Shown piece after piece: positions 40,201 through 55,200 of a stretch of 64,000 nt of DNA (position 1 is the first letter of the stretch; each line of letters starts with the position of its first letter). Below the pieces are notes generated by a model, which saw only the letters and a list, made by a program, of their open reading frames with translations, was not told the origin of the DNA and did no database searches. Location of the stretch: positions 349,060,001 through 349,124,000 of the forward strand of contig OZ024742.1 of NCBI GenBank assembly GCA_964016885.1, in the 5' to 3' direction. The stretch is from Eledone cirrhosa. Taxonomy: Eukaryota. The translations under genes were made by a program, and so were the position numbers.

Positions 40201-43200
40201 GGTCAGTGGGTATAGCTATAGAATTTTAAGGGGTCAGTGGGTATAGTTATAGAATTGTAAGGGATGAGTAGGTATAGCTATAGAACTGTAAGGGGTCAGT
40301 GGGTATAGTTATAGGATTATAAGTGGTCAGTGGGTATAGTTATAGAATTGTAAGGGGTTAGTGTTTATAGATATAGAATTGTAATAGCTCATTGGGTAAG
40401 GCTATAGAATTGCAAAGGTTCAGTGGGTATAGCTATTGAATTATAAGGAGTCAGTGGGTATAGATATAGAATTGTAAGGGGTCAGTGGGTATAGATATAG
40501 AATTGTCAGGGATCAGTGGGTATAACTATTGAATTGTAAGGGGTCTGAGTGTATAGCTATAGAATTGTAAGAGTTCAGTGGGTATAGTTATAGAATTGCA
40601 AGGGATTAGTGGGTATAGCTATAGAATTGTAAGTGGTCAGTAGGCATAGTTCTAGAATTGTAAGGGGTCAAAATATATAGTTATAGAATTGTAAGGGGTC
40701 AGTGGGTATAGCTATAGAATTCTAAGGGGTCAGAGGGTATAGCTATAGAATTGTAAGAGTTCAGTGGGTATAGAATTGTAAGGGATCAGTGGTTATAGCT
40801 ATAGAATTGTAAGGGATCAGTGTGTATAGCTATAGAATTGTAAGGCGTCTGTGGGTATAGCTATAGAATTATAAGGGGTCAGTGGGTATAGATATATAAC
40901 TGTAAGGGGTCAGTGGGTATAGCTATAGAATTGTAAGGGGTCAGTGTGTATAGTTATAGAATTGCAGGTGGTCAGTGGGTATAGCTATAGAATTGTAAGT
41001 GGTCAGTGGGTATAGTTATAGAATTGTAAGGGGTCAGTGGGTATAGCTATAGAATTGTAAGGGGTCAGTGGGTATAGCTATAGAATTGTAAGGAGTTAGT
41101 GTGTATATATATAGAATTGTAAGTGCTCAGTGGGTATAGTTATAGAATTGTAAGGGGTCAGTAGGTATAGTTATAGAATTGTAAGGGTTCAGTGGGTATA
41201 GTTATAGAATTGTAAGGGGTCAGTGGGCATATCTATAGAATTGTAAGGGGTCAGTGTGTATAACTATAGAATTGTAAGGGGTCAGTGGGTATAGTTATAG
41301 AATTGTAAGGGGTCAGTGGGCATATCTATAGAATTGTAAGTGGTCAGTGGGTATAGCTATAGAATTGTAACGGGTCAGTGGGTATAGTTATAGAATTATA
41401 AGGGGTCAGTGGGTATACCTATAGAATTGTAAGTGGTCAGTGGGTATAGTTATAGAATTGTAAGGGGTAAAAGTATATAGTTATAGAATTGTAAGGTGTC
41501 AGTGGGTATAGCTATAGAATTGTAAGGGGTCAGTGGATATAGTTATAGAATTGTAAGGGGTCAGTGGGTATAGTTATAGAATTGTAAGGGTTCAGTGGGT
41601 ATAGTTATAGAATTGTAAGGGGTCAGTGGGTATATCTATAGAATTGTAAGTGGTCAGTGGGTATAACTATAGAGTTGTAAGGGGTCAGTGGGTATAGTTA
41701 TAGAATTTTAAGGGGTCAGTGGATATAGTTATAGAATTGTACGTGGTCAGTGGGTATAGTTATAGAATTGTAAGGGTCAGTGGATATAGTTATAGAATTG
41801 TAAGGGGTCAGTGGGTATAGCTATAGAAATGTAAGTGGTCAGTGAGTACAGTTATAGAATTGTAAGGGGTCAGAGGGTATAGCTATATAATTGTAAGGGG
41901 TCAGAGGGTATAGATATAGCATCGTAAAGGCTCAGTGGGTATATTTATAGAATTGTAAGGGCTCAGTGAGTATAGCTATAGAATTGTAAGGCGTCTGTAG
42001 GTATAGGTATAAAATTGTAAGGGGTCAGTGGGTATAGATATATAATTGTAAGGGGTCAGTGAGTATAGCTATAGAATTGTAAGGGGTCAGTGGGTATAGT
42101 TATAGAATTGCAAGTGGTCAATGGGTATAGCTATAGAAACGTAAGGGGTCAGTGGGTATAGTTATAGAATTGTAAGGGGTCAGTGGGTATAGTTATAGAA
42201 TTGTAAGGAATCAGTTGGTATAGCTATAGAATTGTAAGGGGTCAGTGGGTATAGCTATAGAATTTTAAGTTGTCAGTGTGTATAGTTATAGAATTGTAAG
42301 GGATGAGTGTGTATAGCTATAGAATTTTAAGGGGTCAGTGGGTATAGTTATAGAATTTGAAGGGGTCAGTGTGTATAGATATAGAATTGTAAGGGCTCAG
42401 TGGGTATAGCTATAGAATTGTAAGGGGTCAGTGGGCATAGCTATGGAATTGTAAGGCATCAGTGGGTATAGATATAGAATTGTAAGGATTCTGTAGGTAT
42501 AGTTATAGAATTGTAAGGGGTTGTGGGTATAGTTATAGAATTGTAAGGGGTCAGTGGGTATAGTTATAGAATTGTAAGGGATCAGTGGGTATAGCTATAG
42601 AATTGTAAGGATTCTGTAGGTATAGTTATAGAATTGTAAGGGCTCAGTGGGTATAGTAATAGAATTGTAAGGGTTCAGTGGGTATAGCTATAGAATTGTA
42701 AGGGTACAGAGGGTATATATATAGAATTGTAAGGGGTCAGTGGGTATATCTATAGAATTGTAAGTGGTCAGTGTGTATAACTATAGAATTGTAAGGGGTC
42801 AGTGGGTATACTTATAGAATTGTAAGGGGTCAGTGGGTATAGCTATAGAATTGTAAGGGGTCAGTGGGTATAGTTATAGAATTGTATGGGGTCAGTGGGT
42901 ATAGCTATAGAATTGTAAGGGGTCAGTGGGTATAGTTATAGAATTGTAAGGGGTCAGTGGGTATAGTTATAGGACTGTAAGGGGTCAGCGGGTATAGTTA
43001 TAGATTTATAAGGGGTCAGTGGGTATAGCTATAGAATTGTAAGTGGTCAGTGGGTATAGTTATAGAATTGTAAGGGGTAAAATTATATAGTTATAGAATT
43101 GTAAGGTGTCAGTGGGTATAGCTATAGAATTGTAAGGGGTCAGTGGATATAGTTAAAGAATTGTAAGGGTTCAGTGTGTATAGATATAGAATTGTAAGGG

Positions 43201-46200
43201 ATCAGTGGGTCTAACTATTGAATTGTAAGGGTCTGAGGGTATAGCTATAGAATTGTAAGAGTTCAGTGGGTATAGTTATAGAATTGTAAGGGATCAGTGG
43301 GTATAGCTATAGAATTGTAAGGGATCAGTGGGTATAGCTATAGAATTGTAAGTGGTCAGTGGGTATAGTTATAGAATTGTAAGGGGTCAAAGTATATAGT
43401 TATAGAATTGTAAGGGGTCAGTGGGTATAGCTATAGAATTGTAAGGGGTCAGTGGATATAGTTATAGAATTGTAAGGGGTCAGTGGGTATAGTTATAGAA
43501 TTGTAAGTGGTCAGTGGGTATAGGTATAGAATTGTAAGGAGTCAGTGTGTATAAATATAGAACTGTATGTGCTCAGTGGGTATAGTTATAGAATTGTAAG
43601 GGGTCAGTGGGTATAGTTATAGAATTGTAAGGGTTCAGTGGGCATAGTTATAGAATTGTAAGGGGTCAGTGGGTATATCTATAGAATTGTAAGTGGTCAG
43701 TGTGTATAACTATAGAATTGTAAGGGGCAGTGGGTATACTTATAGAATTGTAAGGGGTCAGTGGGTATAGCTATAGAATTGTAAGGGGTCAGTGGGTATA
43801 GTTATAGAATTGTATGGGGTCAGTGGGTATAGCTATAGAATTGTAAGGGGTCAGTGGGTATAGTTATAGAATTGTAAGGGGTCAGTGGGTATAGTTATAG
43901 AACTGTAAGGGGTCAGCGGGTATAGTTATAGATTTATAAGGGGTCAGTGGGTATAGCTATAGAATTGTAAGTGGTCAGTGGGTATAGTTATAGAATTGTA
44001 AGGGGTAAAATTATATAGTTATAGAATTGTAAGGTGTCAGTGGGTATAGCTATAGAATTGTAAGGGGTCAATGGATATAGTTAAAGAATTGTAAGGGTTC
44101 AGTGTGTATAGTTATAAAATTGTAAGGGGTCAGTGGGTATATCTATAGAATTGTAAGGGGTCAGTGGGTATAACTATAGAATTGTAAGGGGTCAGTGGGT
44201 ATAGTTATAGAATTTTGAGGGGTCAGAGCGTATAGATATAGCATCGTAATGGCTCAGTGGGTATATTTATAGAATTGTAAAGGCTCAGTGAGTATAGCTA
44301 TAGAATTGTAAGGCGTCTGTAGGTATAGCTATAGAATTGTAAGGGGTCAGCGGGTATAGATATATAATTGTAAGGGGTCAGTGGGTAAAGCTATAGAATT
44401 GTAAGGGGTCAGTGGGTATAGTTATAGAATTGCAAGTGGTCAGTGGGTATAGCAATAGAAACGTAAGGGGTCAGTGGGTATAGTTATAGAATTGTAAGGG
44501 GTCAGTGGGTATAGTTATAGAATTGTAAGGAATCAGTGGGTATAGCTATAAAATTGTAAGGGGTCAGTGGGTATAGCTATAGAATTTTAAGGTGTCAGTG
44601 TGTATAGTTATAGAATTGTAAGGGATGAGTGTGTATAGCTATAGAATTTTAAGGGGTCAGTGGGTATAGTTATAGGATTATAAGTGGTCAGTGGGTATAG
44701 TTATTGAATTTAAAGGGGTCAGTGTGTATAGATATAGAATTGTAAGGGCTCAGTGGGTATAGCTATAGAATTGTAAGGGGTCAGTGGGTATAGCTATGGA
44801 ATTGTAAGGAGTCAGTGGGTATAGATATAGAATTGTAAGGATTCTGTAGGTATAGTTATAGAATTGTAAGGGGTCAGTGGGTATAGTTATAGAATTGTAA
44901 GGGGTCAGTGGGTATAGTTATAGAATTGTAAGGGATCAGTGGGTATAGCTATAGAATTGTAAGGATTCTGTAGGTATAGTTATAGAATTGTAAGGGGTCA
45001 GTGAGTATAGTTATAGAATTGTAAGGGGTCAGAGGGTATATATATAGAATTGTAAGGGGTCAGTGGGTATAGTTATAGAATTGTAAGGGATCAGTGGGTA
45101 TAGCTATAGAATTGTAAGGATTCTGTAGGTATAGTTATAGAATTGTAAGGGCTCAGTGGGTATAGTAATAGAATTGTAAGGGTTCAGTGGGTATAGCTAT
45201 AGAATTGTAAGGGTACAGAGGGTATATATATAGAATTGTAAGGGGTCAGTGTGTATAGATATAGAATTGTAAGGGATCAGTGGGTCTAACTATTGAATTG
45301 TAAGGGTCTGAGGGTATAGCTATAGAATTGTAAGAGTTCAGTGGGTATAGTTATAGAATTGTAAGGGATCAGTGGGTATAGCTATAGAATTGTAAGGGAT
45401 CAGTGGGTATAGCTATAGAATTGTAAGTGGTCAGTGGGTATAGTTATAGAATTGTAAGGGGTCAAAGTATATAGTTATAGAATTGTAAGGGGTCAGTGGG
45501 TATAGCTATAGAATTGTAAGGGGTCAGTGGATATAGTTATAGAATTGTAAGGGGTCAGTGGGTATAGTTATAGAATTGTAAGTGGTCAGTGGGTATAGGT
45601 ATAGAATTGTAAGGAGTCAGTGTGTATAAATATAGAACTGTATGTGCTCAGTGGGTATAGTTATAGAATTGTAAGGGGTCAGTGGGTATAGTTATAGAAT
45701 TGTAAGGGTTCAGTGGGTATAGTTATAGAATTGTAAGGGGTCAGTGGGTATATCTATAGAATTGTAAGTGGTCAGTGTGTATAACTATAGAATTGTAAGG
45801 GGTCAGTGGGTATACTTATAGAATTGTAAGGGGTCAGTGGGTATAGCTATAGAATTGTAAGGGGTCAGTGGGTATAGTTATAGAATTGTATGGGGTCAGT
45901 GGGTATAGCTATAGAATTGTAAGGGGTCAGTGGGTATAGTTATAGAATTGTAAGGGGTCAGTGGGTATAGTTATAGAACTGTAAGGGGTCAGCGGGTATA
46001 GTTATAGATTTATAAGGGGTCAGTGGGTATAGCTATAGAATTGTAAGTGGTCAGTGGGTATAGTTATAGAATTGTAAGGGGTAAAATTATATAGTTATAG
46101 AATTGTAAGGTGTCAGTGGGTATAGCTATAGAATTGTAAGGGGACAGTGGATATAGTTAAAGAATTGTAAGGGTTCAGTGTGTATAGTTATAAAATTGTA

Positions 46201-49200
46201 AGGGGTCAGTGGGTATATCTATAGAATTGTAAGGGGTCAGTGGGTATAACTATAGAATTGTAAGGGGTCAGTGGGTATAGTTATAGAATTTTGAGGGGTC
46301 AGAGCGTATAGATATAGCATCGTAATGGCTCAGTGGGTATATTTATAGAATTGTAAAGGCTCAGTGAGTATAGCTATAGAATTGTAAGGCGTCTGTAGGT
46401 ATAGCTATAGAATTGTAAGGGGTCAGCGGGTATAGATATATAATTGTAAGGGGTCAGTGGGTAAAGCTATAGAATTGTAAGGGGTCAGTGGTTATAGTTA
46501 TAGAATTGCAAGTGGTCAGTGGGTATAGCAATAGAAACGTAAGGGGTCAGTGGGTATAGTTATAGAATTGTAAGGGGTCAGTGGGTATAGTTATAGAATT
46601 GTAAGGAATCAGTGGGTATAGCTATAAAATTGTAAGGGGTCAGTGGGTATAGCTATAGAATTTTAAGGTGTCAGTGTGTATAGTTATAGAATTGTAAGGG
46701 ATGAGTGTGTATAGCTATAGAATTTTAAGGGGTCAGTGGGTATAGTTATAGGATTATAAGTGGTCAGTGGGTATAGTTATTGAATTTAAAGGGGTCAGTG
46801 TGTATAGATATAGAATTGTAAGGGCTCAGTGGGTGTAGCTATAGAATTGTAAGGGGTCAGTGGGTATAGCTATGGAATTGTAAGGAGTCAGTGGGTATAG
46901 ATATAGAATTGTAAGGATTCTGTAGGTATAGTTATAGAATTGTAAGGGGTCAGTGGGTATAGTTATAGAATTGTAAGGGGTCAGTGGGTATAGTTATAGA
47001 ATTGTAAGGGATCAGTGGGTATAGCTATAGAATTGTAAGGATTCTGTAGGTATAGTTATAGAATTGTAAGGGGTCAGTGAGTATAGTTATAGAATTGTAA
47101 GGGGTCAGAGGGTATATATATAGAATTGTAAGGGGTCAGTGGGTATAGATATAGAATTGTAAGGGGTCAGTGGTTATAGCTATAGAATTGTAAGTGGTCA
47201 GTTGGTATAGTTATAGAATTGTAAGGGGTCAGTGGGTATTGCTATAGAATTGTAAGGTGTCAGAGGGCATAGATATAGAATTGTAAGGGGTCAGTGGGTG
47301 TAAGGTGTCAGTGGGTATAGCTAGAGAATTGTAAAGGGTCAGTGGGTATAGTTATAGTATTGTAAGGGGTCAGTGGGTATAGTTATAGAATTGTAAGGGG
47401 TCAGTGGGTATAGTTATAGAATTGTAAGGGATCAGTGGGTATAGCTATATAATTGTAAGTGGTCAGTGGGTATAGTTATAAAATTGTAAGGGGTCAGTGG
47501 GTATAGCTATAGAATTGTAAGGCGTCTGTGGGTATAGCTATAGAATTGTAAGGGATCAGTGGGTATAGCTATAGAATAGTAAGGGGTCAGTGGGTATAGT
47601 TATAGAATTGCAAGTGGTCAGTGGGTATAGCTATAGAATTGCAAGTGGTCAGTGGGTATAGCTATAGAATCGTAAGGGGTCAGTGGGTATAGTAATAGAA
47701 TTGTAAGGGGTCACAGTGTATAGTTATAGAATTGTAAGGAATCAGTGGGTATAGCTATAGAATTGTTAGGGGTCAGTGGGTATAGCTATAGAATTTTAAG
47801 GGGTCAGTGGGTATAGTTATAGAATTGTAAGGGATGAGTAGGTATAGCTATAGAACTGTAAGGGGTCAGTGGGTATAGTTATAGGATTATAAGTGGTCAG
47901 TGGGTATAGTTATAGAATTGTAAGGGGTTAGTGTTTATAGATATAGAATTGTAATAGCTCATTGGGTAAGGCTATAGAATTGTAAGGGTTCAGTGGGTAT
48001 AGCTATTGAATTATAAGGAGTCAGTGGGTATAGATATAGAATTGTAAGGGGTCAGTGGGTATAGATATAGAATTGTCAGGGATCAGTGGGTATAACTATT
48101 GAATTGTAAGGGGTCTGAGTGTATAGCTATAGAATTGTAAGAGTTCAGTGGGTATAGTTATAGAATTGCAAGGGATTAGTGGGTATAGCTATAGAATTGT
48201 AAGTGGTCAGTAGGCATAGTTCTAGAATTGTAAGGGGTCAAAATATATAGTTATAGAATTGTAAGGGGTCAGTGGGTATAGCTATAGAATTCTAAGGGGT
48301 CAGACGGTATAGCTATAGAATTGTAAGAGTTCAGTGGGTATAGAATTGTAAGGGATCAGTGGTTATAGCTATAGAATTGTAAGGGATCAGTGTGTATAGC
48401 TATAGAATTGTAAGGCGTCTGTGGGTATAGCTATAGAATTATAAGGGGTCAGTGGGTATAGCTATAGAATAGTAAGGGGTCAGTGGGTATAGTTATAGAA
48501 TTGCAAGTGGTCAGTGGGTATAGCTATAGAATTGTAAGTGGTCAGTGGGTATAGCTATAGAATCGTAAGGGGTCAGTGTGTATAGTAATAGAATTGTAAG
48601 GGGTCAGAGTGTATAGTTATAGAATTGTAAGGAATCAGTGGGTATAGCTATAGAATTGTTAGGGGTCAGTGGGTATAGTTATAGAATTGTAAGGGATGAG
48701 TAGGTATAGCTATAGAACTGTAAGGGGTCAGTGGGTATAGTTATAGGATTATAAGTGGTCAGTGGGTATAGTTATAGAATTGTAAGGGGTTAGTGTTTAT
48801 AGATATAGAATTGTAATAGCTCATTGGGTAAGGCTATAGAATTGTAAGGGTTCAGTGGGTATAGCTATTGAATTATAAGGAGTCAGTGGGTATAGATATA
48901 GAATTGTAAGGGGTCAGTGGGTATAGATATAGAATTGTCAGGGATCAGTGGGTATAACTATTGAATTGTAAGGGGTCTGAGTGTATAGCTATAGAATTGT
49001 AAGAGTGCAGTGGGTATAGTTATAGAATTGCAAGTGATCAGTGGGTATAGCTATAGAATTGTAAGTGGTCAGTAGGCATAGTTCTAGAATTGTAAGGGGT
49101 CAAAATATATAGTTATAGAATTGTAAGGGGTCAGTGGGTATAGCTATAGAATTGTAAGGGGTCAGTGGATATAGTTATAGAATTGTAAGGGGTCAGAGGG

Positions 49201-52200
49201 TATAGCTATAGAATTGTAAGAGTTCAGTGGGTATAGTTATAGAATTGTAAGGGATCAGTGGTTATAGCTATAGAATTGTAAGGGATCAGTGTGTATAGCT
49301 ATAGAATTGTAAGGCGTCTGTGGGTATAGCTATAGAATTATAAGGGGTCAGTGGGTATAGATATATAACTGTAAGGGGTCAGTGGGTATAGCTATAGAAT
49401 TGTAAGGGGTCAGTGGGTATAGTTATAGAATTGCAGGTGGTCAGTGGGTATAGCTATAGAATTGTAAGTGGTCAGTGGGTATAGTTATAGAATTGTAAGG
49501 AGTCAGTGGGTATAGCTATAGAATTGTAAGGATTCTGTAGGTATAGTTATAGAATTGTAAGGGGTTAGTGGGTATAGTTATAGAATAGTAAGGGGTCAGT
49601 GTGTATAGCTATAGAATTGTAAGGGGTCAGTGGGTATATATATAGAATTGTAAGGGGTCAGTGGGTATAGATATAGAATTGTAAGGGGTCAGTGGGTATA
49701 TCTATAGAATTGTAAGGGGTCAGTGGGTATAGTTATAGAATTGTATGGGGTCAGTGGGTATAGTCATAGAACTGTAAGGGGTCAGTGGGTATAGCTATAG
49801 AATTGTAAGGGGTCAGTGGGTATAGTTATAGTATTGTAAGGGGTCAGTGGGTATAGTTATAGAATTGTAAGGGGTCAGTGGGTATAGCTATAGAATTGTA
49901 AGGGGTCAGTGTGTATAGTTATAGAATTGTAAGGGGTCAGTGGGTATAGTTATAGAATTGTAAGGGGTCAGTGGGTATAGTTATAGAATTGTAAGGGGTC
50001 AGTGGGTATAGTTATAGAATTGTAAGGGATCAGTGGGTATAGCTATAGAATTGTAAGTGGTCAGTGGGTATAGTTATAGAATTGTAAGGGGTCAGTGGAT
50101 ATAGTTATAGAATTGTAAGGGGTCAGTGGGTATAGGTATAGAATTGTAAGTGGTCAGTGGGTATAGTTATAGAATTGTAAGAGGTCAGTGGGTATAGCTA
50201 TAGAATTGTAAGGGATCAGTGGGTATAGTTATAGAATTTTAAGGGGTCAGTGGGTATAGTTATAGAATTGTAACGGGTCAGTGGGTATAGTTATAGAATT
50301 GTAAGTGGTCAGTGGGTATAGTTATAGAATTGTAAAGGGTCAGTAGGTATAGCTATAGAATTGTAAGGAGTCAGTGTGTACATATATAGAATTGTAAGGG
50401 GTCAGTGGCTATAGTTATAGAATTGTAACGGGTCAGTGGGTATTGTTATAGAATTGTAAGCGTTCAGTGGGTATAGTTTTAGAATGGTAAGGGGTCAGTG
50501 GGTATAGATAGAGAATTGTAAGGGATCAGTGGTTATAACTATTGAAATGTAAGGATCTGAGGGTATAGCTATAGAATTGTAAGAGTTCAGTGGGTATAGT
50601 TATAGAATTGTAAGGGATCAGTGGGTATAGCTATAGAATTGTAAGGGGTCAGCGTGTATAGCTATAGAATTGTAAGGATTCTGTAGGTATAGTTATAGAA
50701 TTGTAAGGGGTCAGTGGGTATAGTTATGGAATTGTAAGGGGTCAGTGGGTATAGCTATAGAATTGTAAGGGGTCAGTGGGTATAGTTATAGAATTGTAAG
50801 GGGTCAGTGGGTATAGCAATAGAATTGTAAGGAGTCAGTGTGTATATATATAGAATTGTAAGGATTCTGTAGGTATAGCTATAGAATTGTAAGGCGTCTG
50901 TGGGTATAGCTATAGAATTGTAAGGGGTCAGTGGGTATAGATATATAATTGTAAGGGGTCAGTGGGTATAGCTATAGAATTGTAAGGGATCAGTGGGTAT
51001 AGCTATAGAATAGTAAAGGGTCAGTGGGTATAGTTATAGAATAGCAAGTGGTCAGTGGGTATAGCTATAGAATCGTAAGGGGTCAGTGGGTATAGTAATA
51101 GAATTGTAAGGGGTCAGTGTGTATAGTTATAGAATTGTAAGGAATCAGTGGGTATAGCTATAGAATTGTTAGGGGTCAGTGGGTATAGATATAGAATTTT
51201 AAGGGGTCAGTGGGTATAGTTATAGAATTGTAAGGGATGAGTGGGTATAGCTATAGAACTGTAAGGGGTCAGTGGGTATAGTTATAGGATTATAAGTGGT
51301 CAGTGGGTATAGTTATAGAATTGTAAGGGGTTAGTGTTTATAGATATAGAATTGTAATAGCTCATTGGGTAAGGCTATAGAATTGTAAGGGGTCAGTGGG
51401 TATAGCTATTGATTTATAAGGAGTCAGTGGGTATAGATATAGAATTGTAAGGGGTCAGTGCGTATAACTATTGAATTGTAAGGGGTCTGAGGGTATAGCT
51501 ATAGAATTGTAAGGGGTCAGTGGATATAGTTATAGAATTGTAAGGGGTCAGTGGGTATAGTTATTGAATTGTAAGGGGTCAGTGGGTATAGCTATATTAT
51601 TGTAAGGAGTCAGTGTGTATATATATAGAATTGTAAGGGCTCAGTGGGTATAGTTATAGAATTGTAAGGGGTCAGTGGGTATAGTTATAGAATTGTAAGG
51701 GTTCAGTGGGTATAGTAATAGAATTGTAATGGGTCAGTGGGTATAGTTATAGAATTGTAAGGGGTCAGTGGGTATAGTTATAGAATTGTAAGGGGTCAGT
51801 GGGTATAGTTATAGAATTGTAAGGGATCAGTGGGTATAGCTATAGAATTGTAAGTGGTCAGTGGGTATAATTATAGAATTGTAAGGGGTCATTAGATATA
51901 GTTATAGAATTGTAAGGGGTCAGTGGGTATAGCTATAGAAATGTAAGTGGTCAGTGGGTACAGCTATAGAATTGTAAGGGGACAGAGGGTATAGCTATAT
52001 AATTGTAAGGGGTCAGTGGGTATAGTTATAGAATTGTAAGGTTTCAGTGGGTATAGTTATAGAAGTGTAAGGGGTCAGTGGGTATAGATATAGAATTGTA
52101 AGGGATCAGTGGGTATAACTATTGAATTGTAAGGGGTCTGAGTTTATAGCTATAGAATTGTAAGAGTTCAGTGGGTATAGTTATAGAATTGTAAGGGATC

Positions 52201-55200
52201 AGTGGGTATAGCTATAGAATTGTAAGGCGTCTGTGGGTATAGCTATAGAATTGTAAGGGGTTAGTGGGTATAGATATATAACTGTAAGAGGTCAGTCGGT
52301 ATAGCTATAGAATTGTAAAGGCTCAGTGGGTATAGTTATAGAATTGTAAGGGGTCAGTGGGTATAGCTATAGAATTGTAAGGCGTCTGTGGGTATAGCTA
52401 TAGAATTGTAAGGGGTCAGTGGGTATAGATATATAATTGTAAGGGGTCAGTGGGTATAGCTATAGAATTGTATGGGGTCAGTGTGTATAGTTATAGAATT
52501 GAAGGTGGTCAGTGGGTATAGCTATAGAATTGTAAGTGGTCAGCGGGTGTAGCTATAGAATCGTAAGGGGTCAGTGGGTATAGTTATAGAATTGTAAGGG
52601 GTCAGTGGGTATAGTTATAGAATTGTAAGGGATCAGTGGGTATAGCTATAGAATTGTAAGGCGTCTGTGGGTATAGCTATAGAATTGTAAGGGGTCAGTG
52701 GGTATAGATATATAACTGTAAGAGGTCAGTCGGTATAGCTATAGAATTGTATGGGGTCAGTGGGTATAGTTATAGAATTGTAAGGGGTCAGTGGGTATAG
52801 CTATAGAATTGTAAGGATTCTGTAGGTATAGTTATAGAATTGTAAGGGGTTAGTGGGTATAGTTATAGAATAGTAAGGGGTCAGTGGGTATAGCTATAGA
52901 ATTGTAAGGGGTCAGTGGGTATATATATAGAATTGTAAGGGGTCAGTGCGTATAGATATAGAATTGTAAGGGTCAGTGTGTATATCTATAGAATTGTAAG
53001 GGGTCAGTGGGTATAGTTATAGAATTGTATGGGGTCAGTGGGTATAGTCATAGAATTGTAAGGGGTCAGTGGGTATAGCTATAGAATTGTAAGGGGTCAG
53101 TGGGTATAGTTATAGAATTGTAAGGGGTCAGTGGGTATAGTTATAGAATTGTAAGGGGTCAGTGGGTATAGCTATAGAATTGTAAGGGGTCAGTGTGTAT
53201 AGCTATAGAATTGTAAGGGGTCAGTGGGTATAGTTATAGAATTGTAAGGGGTCAGTGGGTATAGTTATAGAATTGTAAGGGGTCAGTGGGTATAGTTATA
53301 GAATTGTAAGGGATCAGTGGGTATAGCTATAGAATTGTAAGTGGTCAGTTGGTATAGTTATAGAATTGTAAGGGGTCAGTGGGTATAGTTATAGAATTTT
53401 AAGGGGTCAGTGTGTATAGTTATAGAATTGTAACGGGTCAGTGGGTATAGTTATAGAATTGTAAGTGGTCAGTGGGTATAGTTATAGAATTGTAAGGAGT
53501 CAGTGTGTATATATATAGAATTGTAAGGGGTCAGTGGGTATAGTTATAGAATTGTAACGGGTCAGTGGGTATAGTTATAGAATTGTAAGTGTTCAGTGGG
53601 TATAGTTTTAGAATTGTAAGGGGTCAGTGGGTATAGATATAGAATTGTAAGGGATCAGTTGTTATAACTATTGAATTGTAAGGATCTGAGGGTATAGCTA
53701 TAGAATTGTAAGAGTTCACTGGGTATAGTTATAGAATTGTAAGGGATCAGTGGGTATAGCTATAGAATTGTAAGCGTTCAGCGTGTATAGCTATAGAATT
53801 GTAAGGATTCTGTAGGTATAGTTATAGAATTGTAAGGGGTCAGTGGGTATAGTTATGGAATTGTAAGGGGTCAGTGGGTATAGCTATAGAATTGTAAGGG
53901 GTCAGTGGGTATAGTTATAGAATTGTAAGGGGTCAGTGGGTATAGCTATAGAATCGTAAGGAGTCAGTGTGTATATATATAGAATTGTAAGGGGTCAGTG
54001 GGTATAGTTATAGAATTGTAACGGGTCAGTGTGTATAGTTATAGAATTGTAAGGGTTCAGTCGGTATAGTTTTAGAATTGTAAGGGGTCAGTGGGTATAG
54101 ATATAGAATTGTAAGGGATCAGTGGGTATAACTATTGAATTTTAAGGGTCTGAGGGTATAGCTATAGAATTCTAAGAGTTCAGTGGGTATAGTTATAGAA
54201 TTGTAAGGGATCAGTGGGTATAGCTATAGAATTGTAAGGGGTCTGTGTGTATAGCTATAGAATTGTAAGGATACTGTAGGTATAGTTATAGAATTGTAAG
54301 GGATCAGTGGGTATAACTATTGAATTGTAAGTGTCTGAGGGTATAGCTATAGAATTGTAAGAGTTCAGTGGGTATAGTTATAGAATTTTAATGGATCAGT
54401 GGGTATAACTATAGAATTGTAAGGGGTCAGTGGGTATAGCTAAAGAATTGTAAGGGGTCAGTGGGTATATATATAGAATTGTAAGGGGTCAGTAGGTATA
54501 GATATAGAATTGTAAGGGGTCAGTGGGTATATCTATAGAATTGTAAGGGATCAGTGGGCATAGATATAGAATTGTAAGGGGTCAGTGGGTATATCTATAG
54601 AATTGTAAGGGGTCAGTGGGTATAGTTATAGAATTGTATGGGGTCAGTGGGTATAGTTATAGAATTGTAAGTGGTCAGTGGGTATAGCTATAGAATTTTA
54701 AGGGGTCAGTGGGTATAGCTATAAATTGTAAGGGGTCAGTGGGTATAGTCATAGAATTGTAAGGGGTCAGTGGGTATAGTTATAGAATTGTAAGGGATCA
54801 GTGGGTATAGTTATAGAATTGTAAGGGGTCAGTGTGTATAGTCATAGAATTGTAAGGGGTCAGTGGGTATAGTTATGGAATTGTAAGGGGTCAGTGGGTA
54901 TAGTTATAGAATTGTAAGAGGTCAGTGGGTATAGTCATAGAATTGTAAGGGGTCAGTGGGTATAGTTATAGAATTGTAATGGGTCAGTGGGTATAGTTAT
55001 AAAATTGTAAGGGGTCAGTGGGTATAGTTATAGAATTGTAAGGGATCAGTGGGTATAGCTATAGAATTGTAAGTGGTCAGTGGGTATAGTTATAGAATTG
55101 TAAGGGGTCAGTGGATATAGTTATAGAATTGTAAGGGGTCAGTGGGTATAGGTATAGAATTGTAAGTGGTCAGTGGGTATAGTTATAGAATTGTAAGGGG

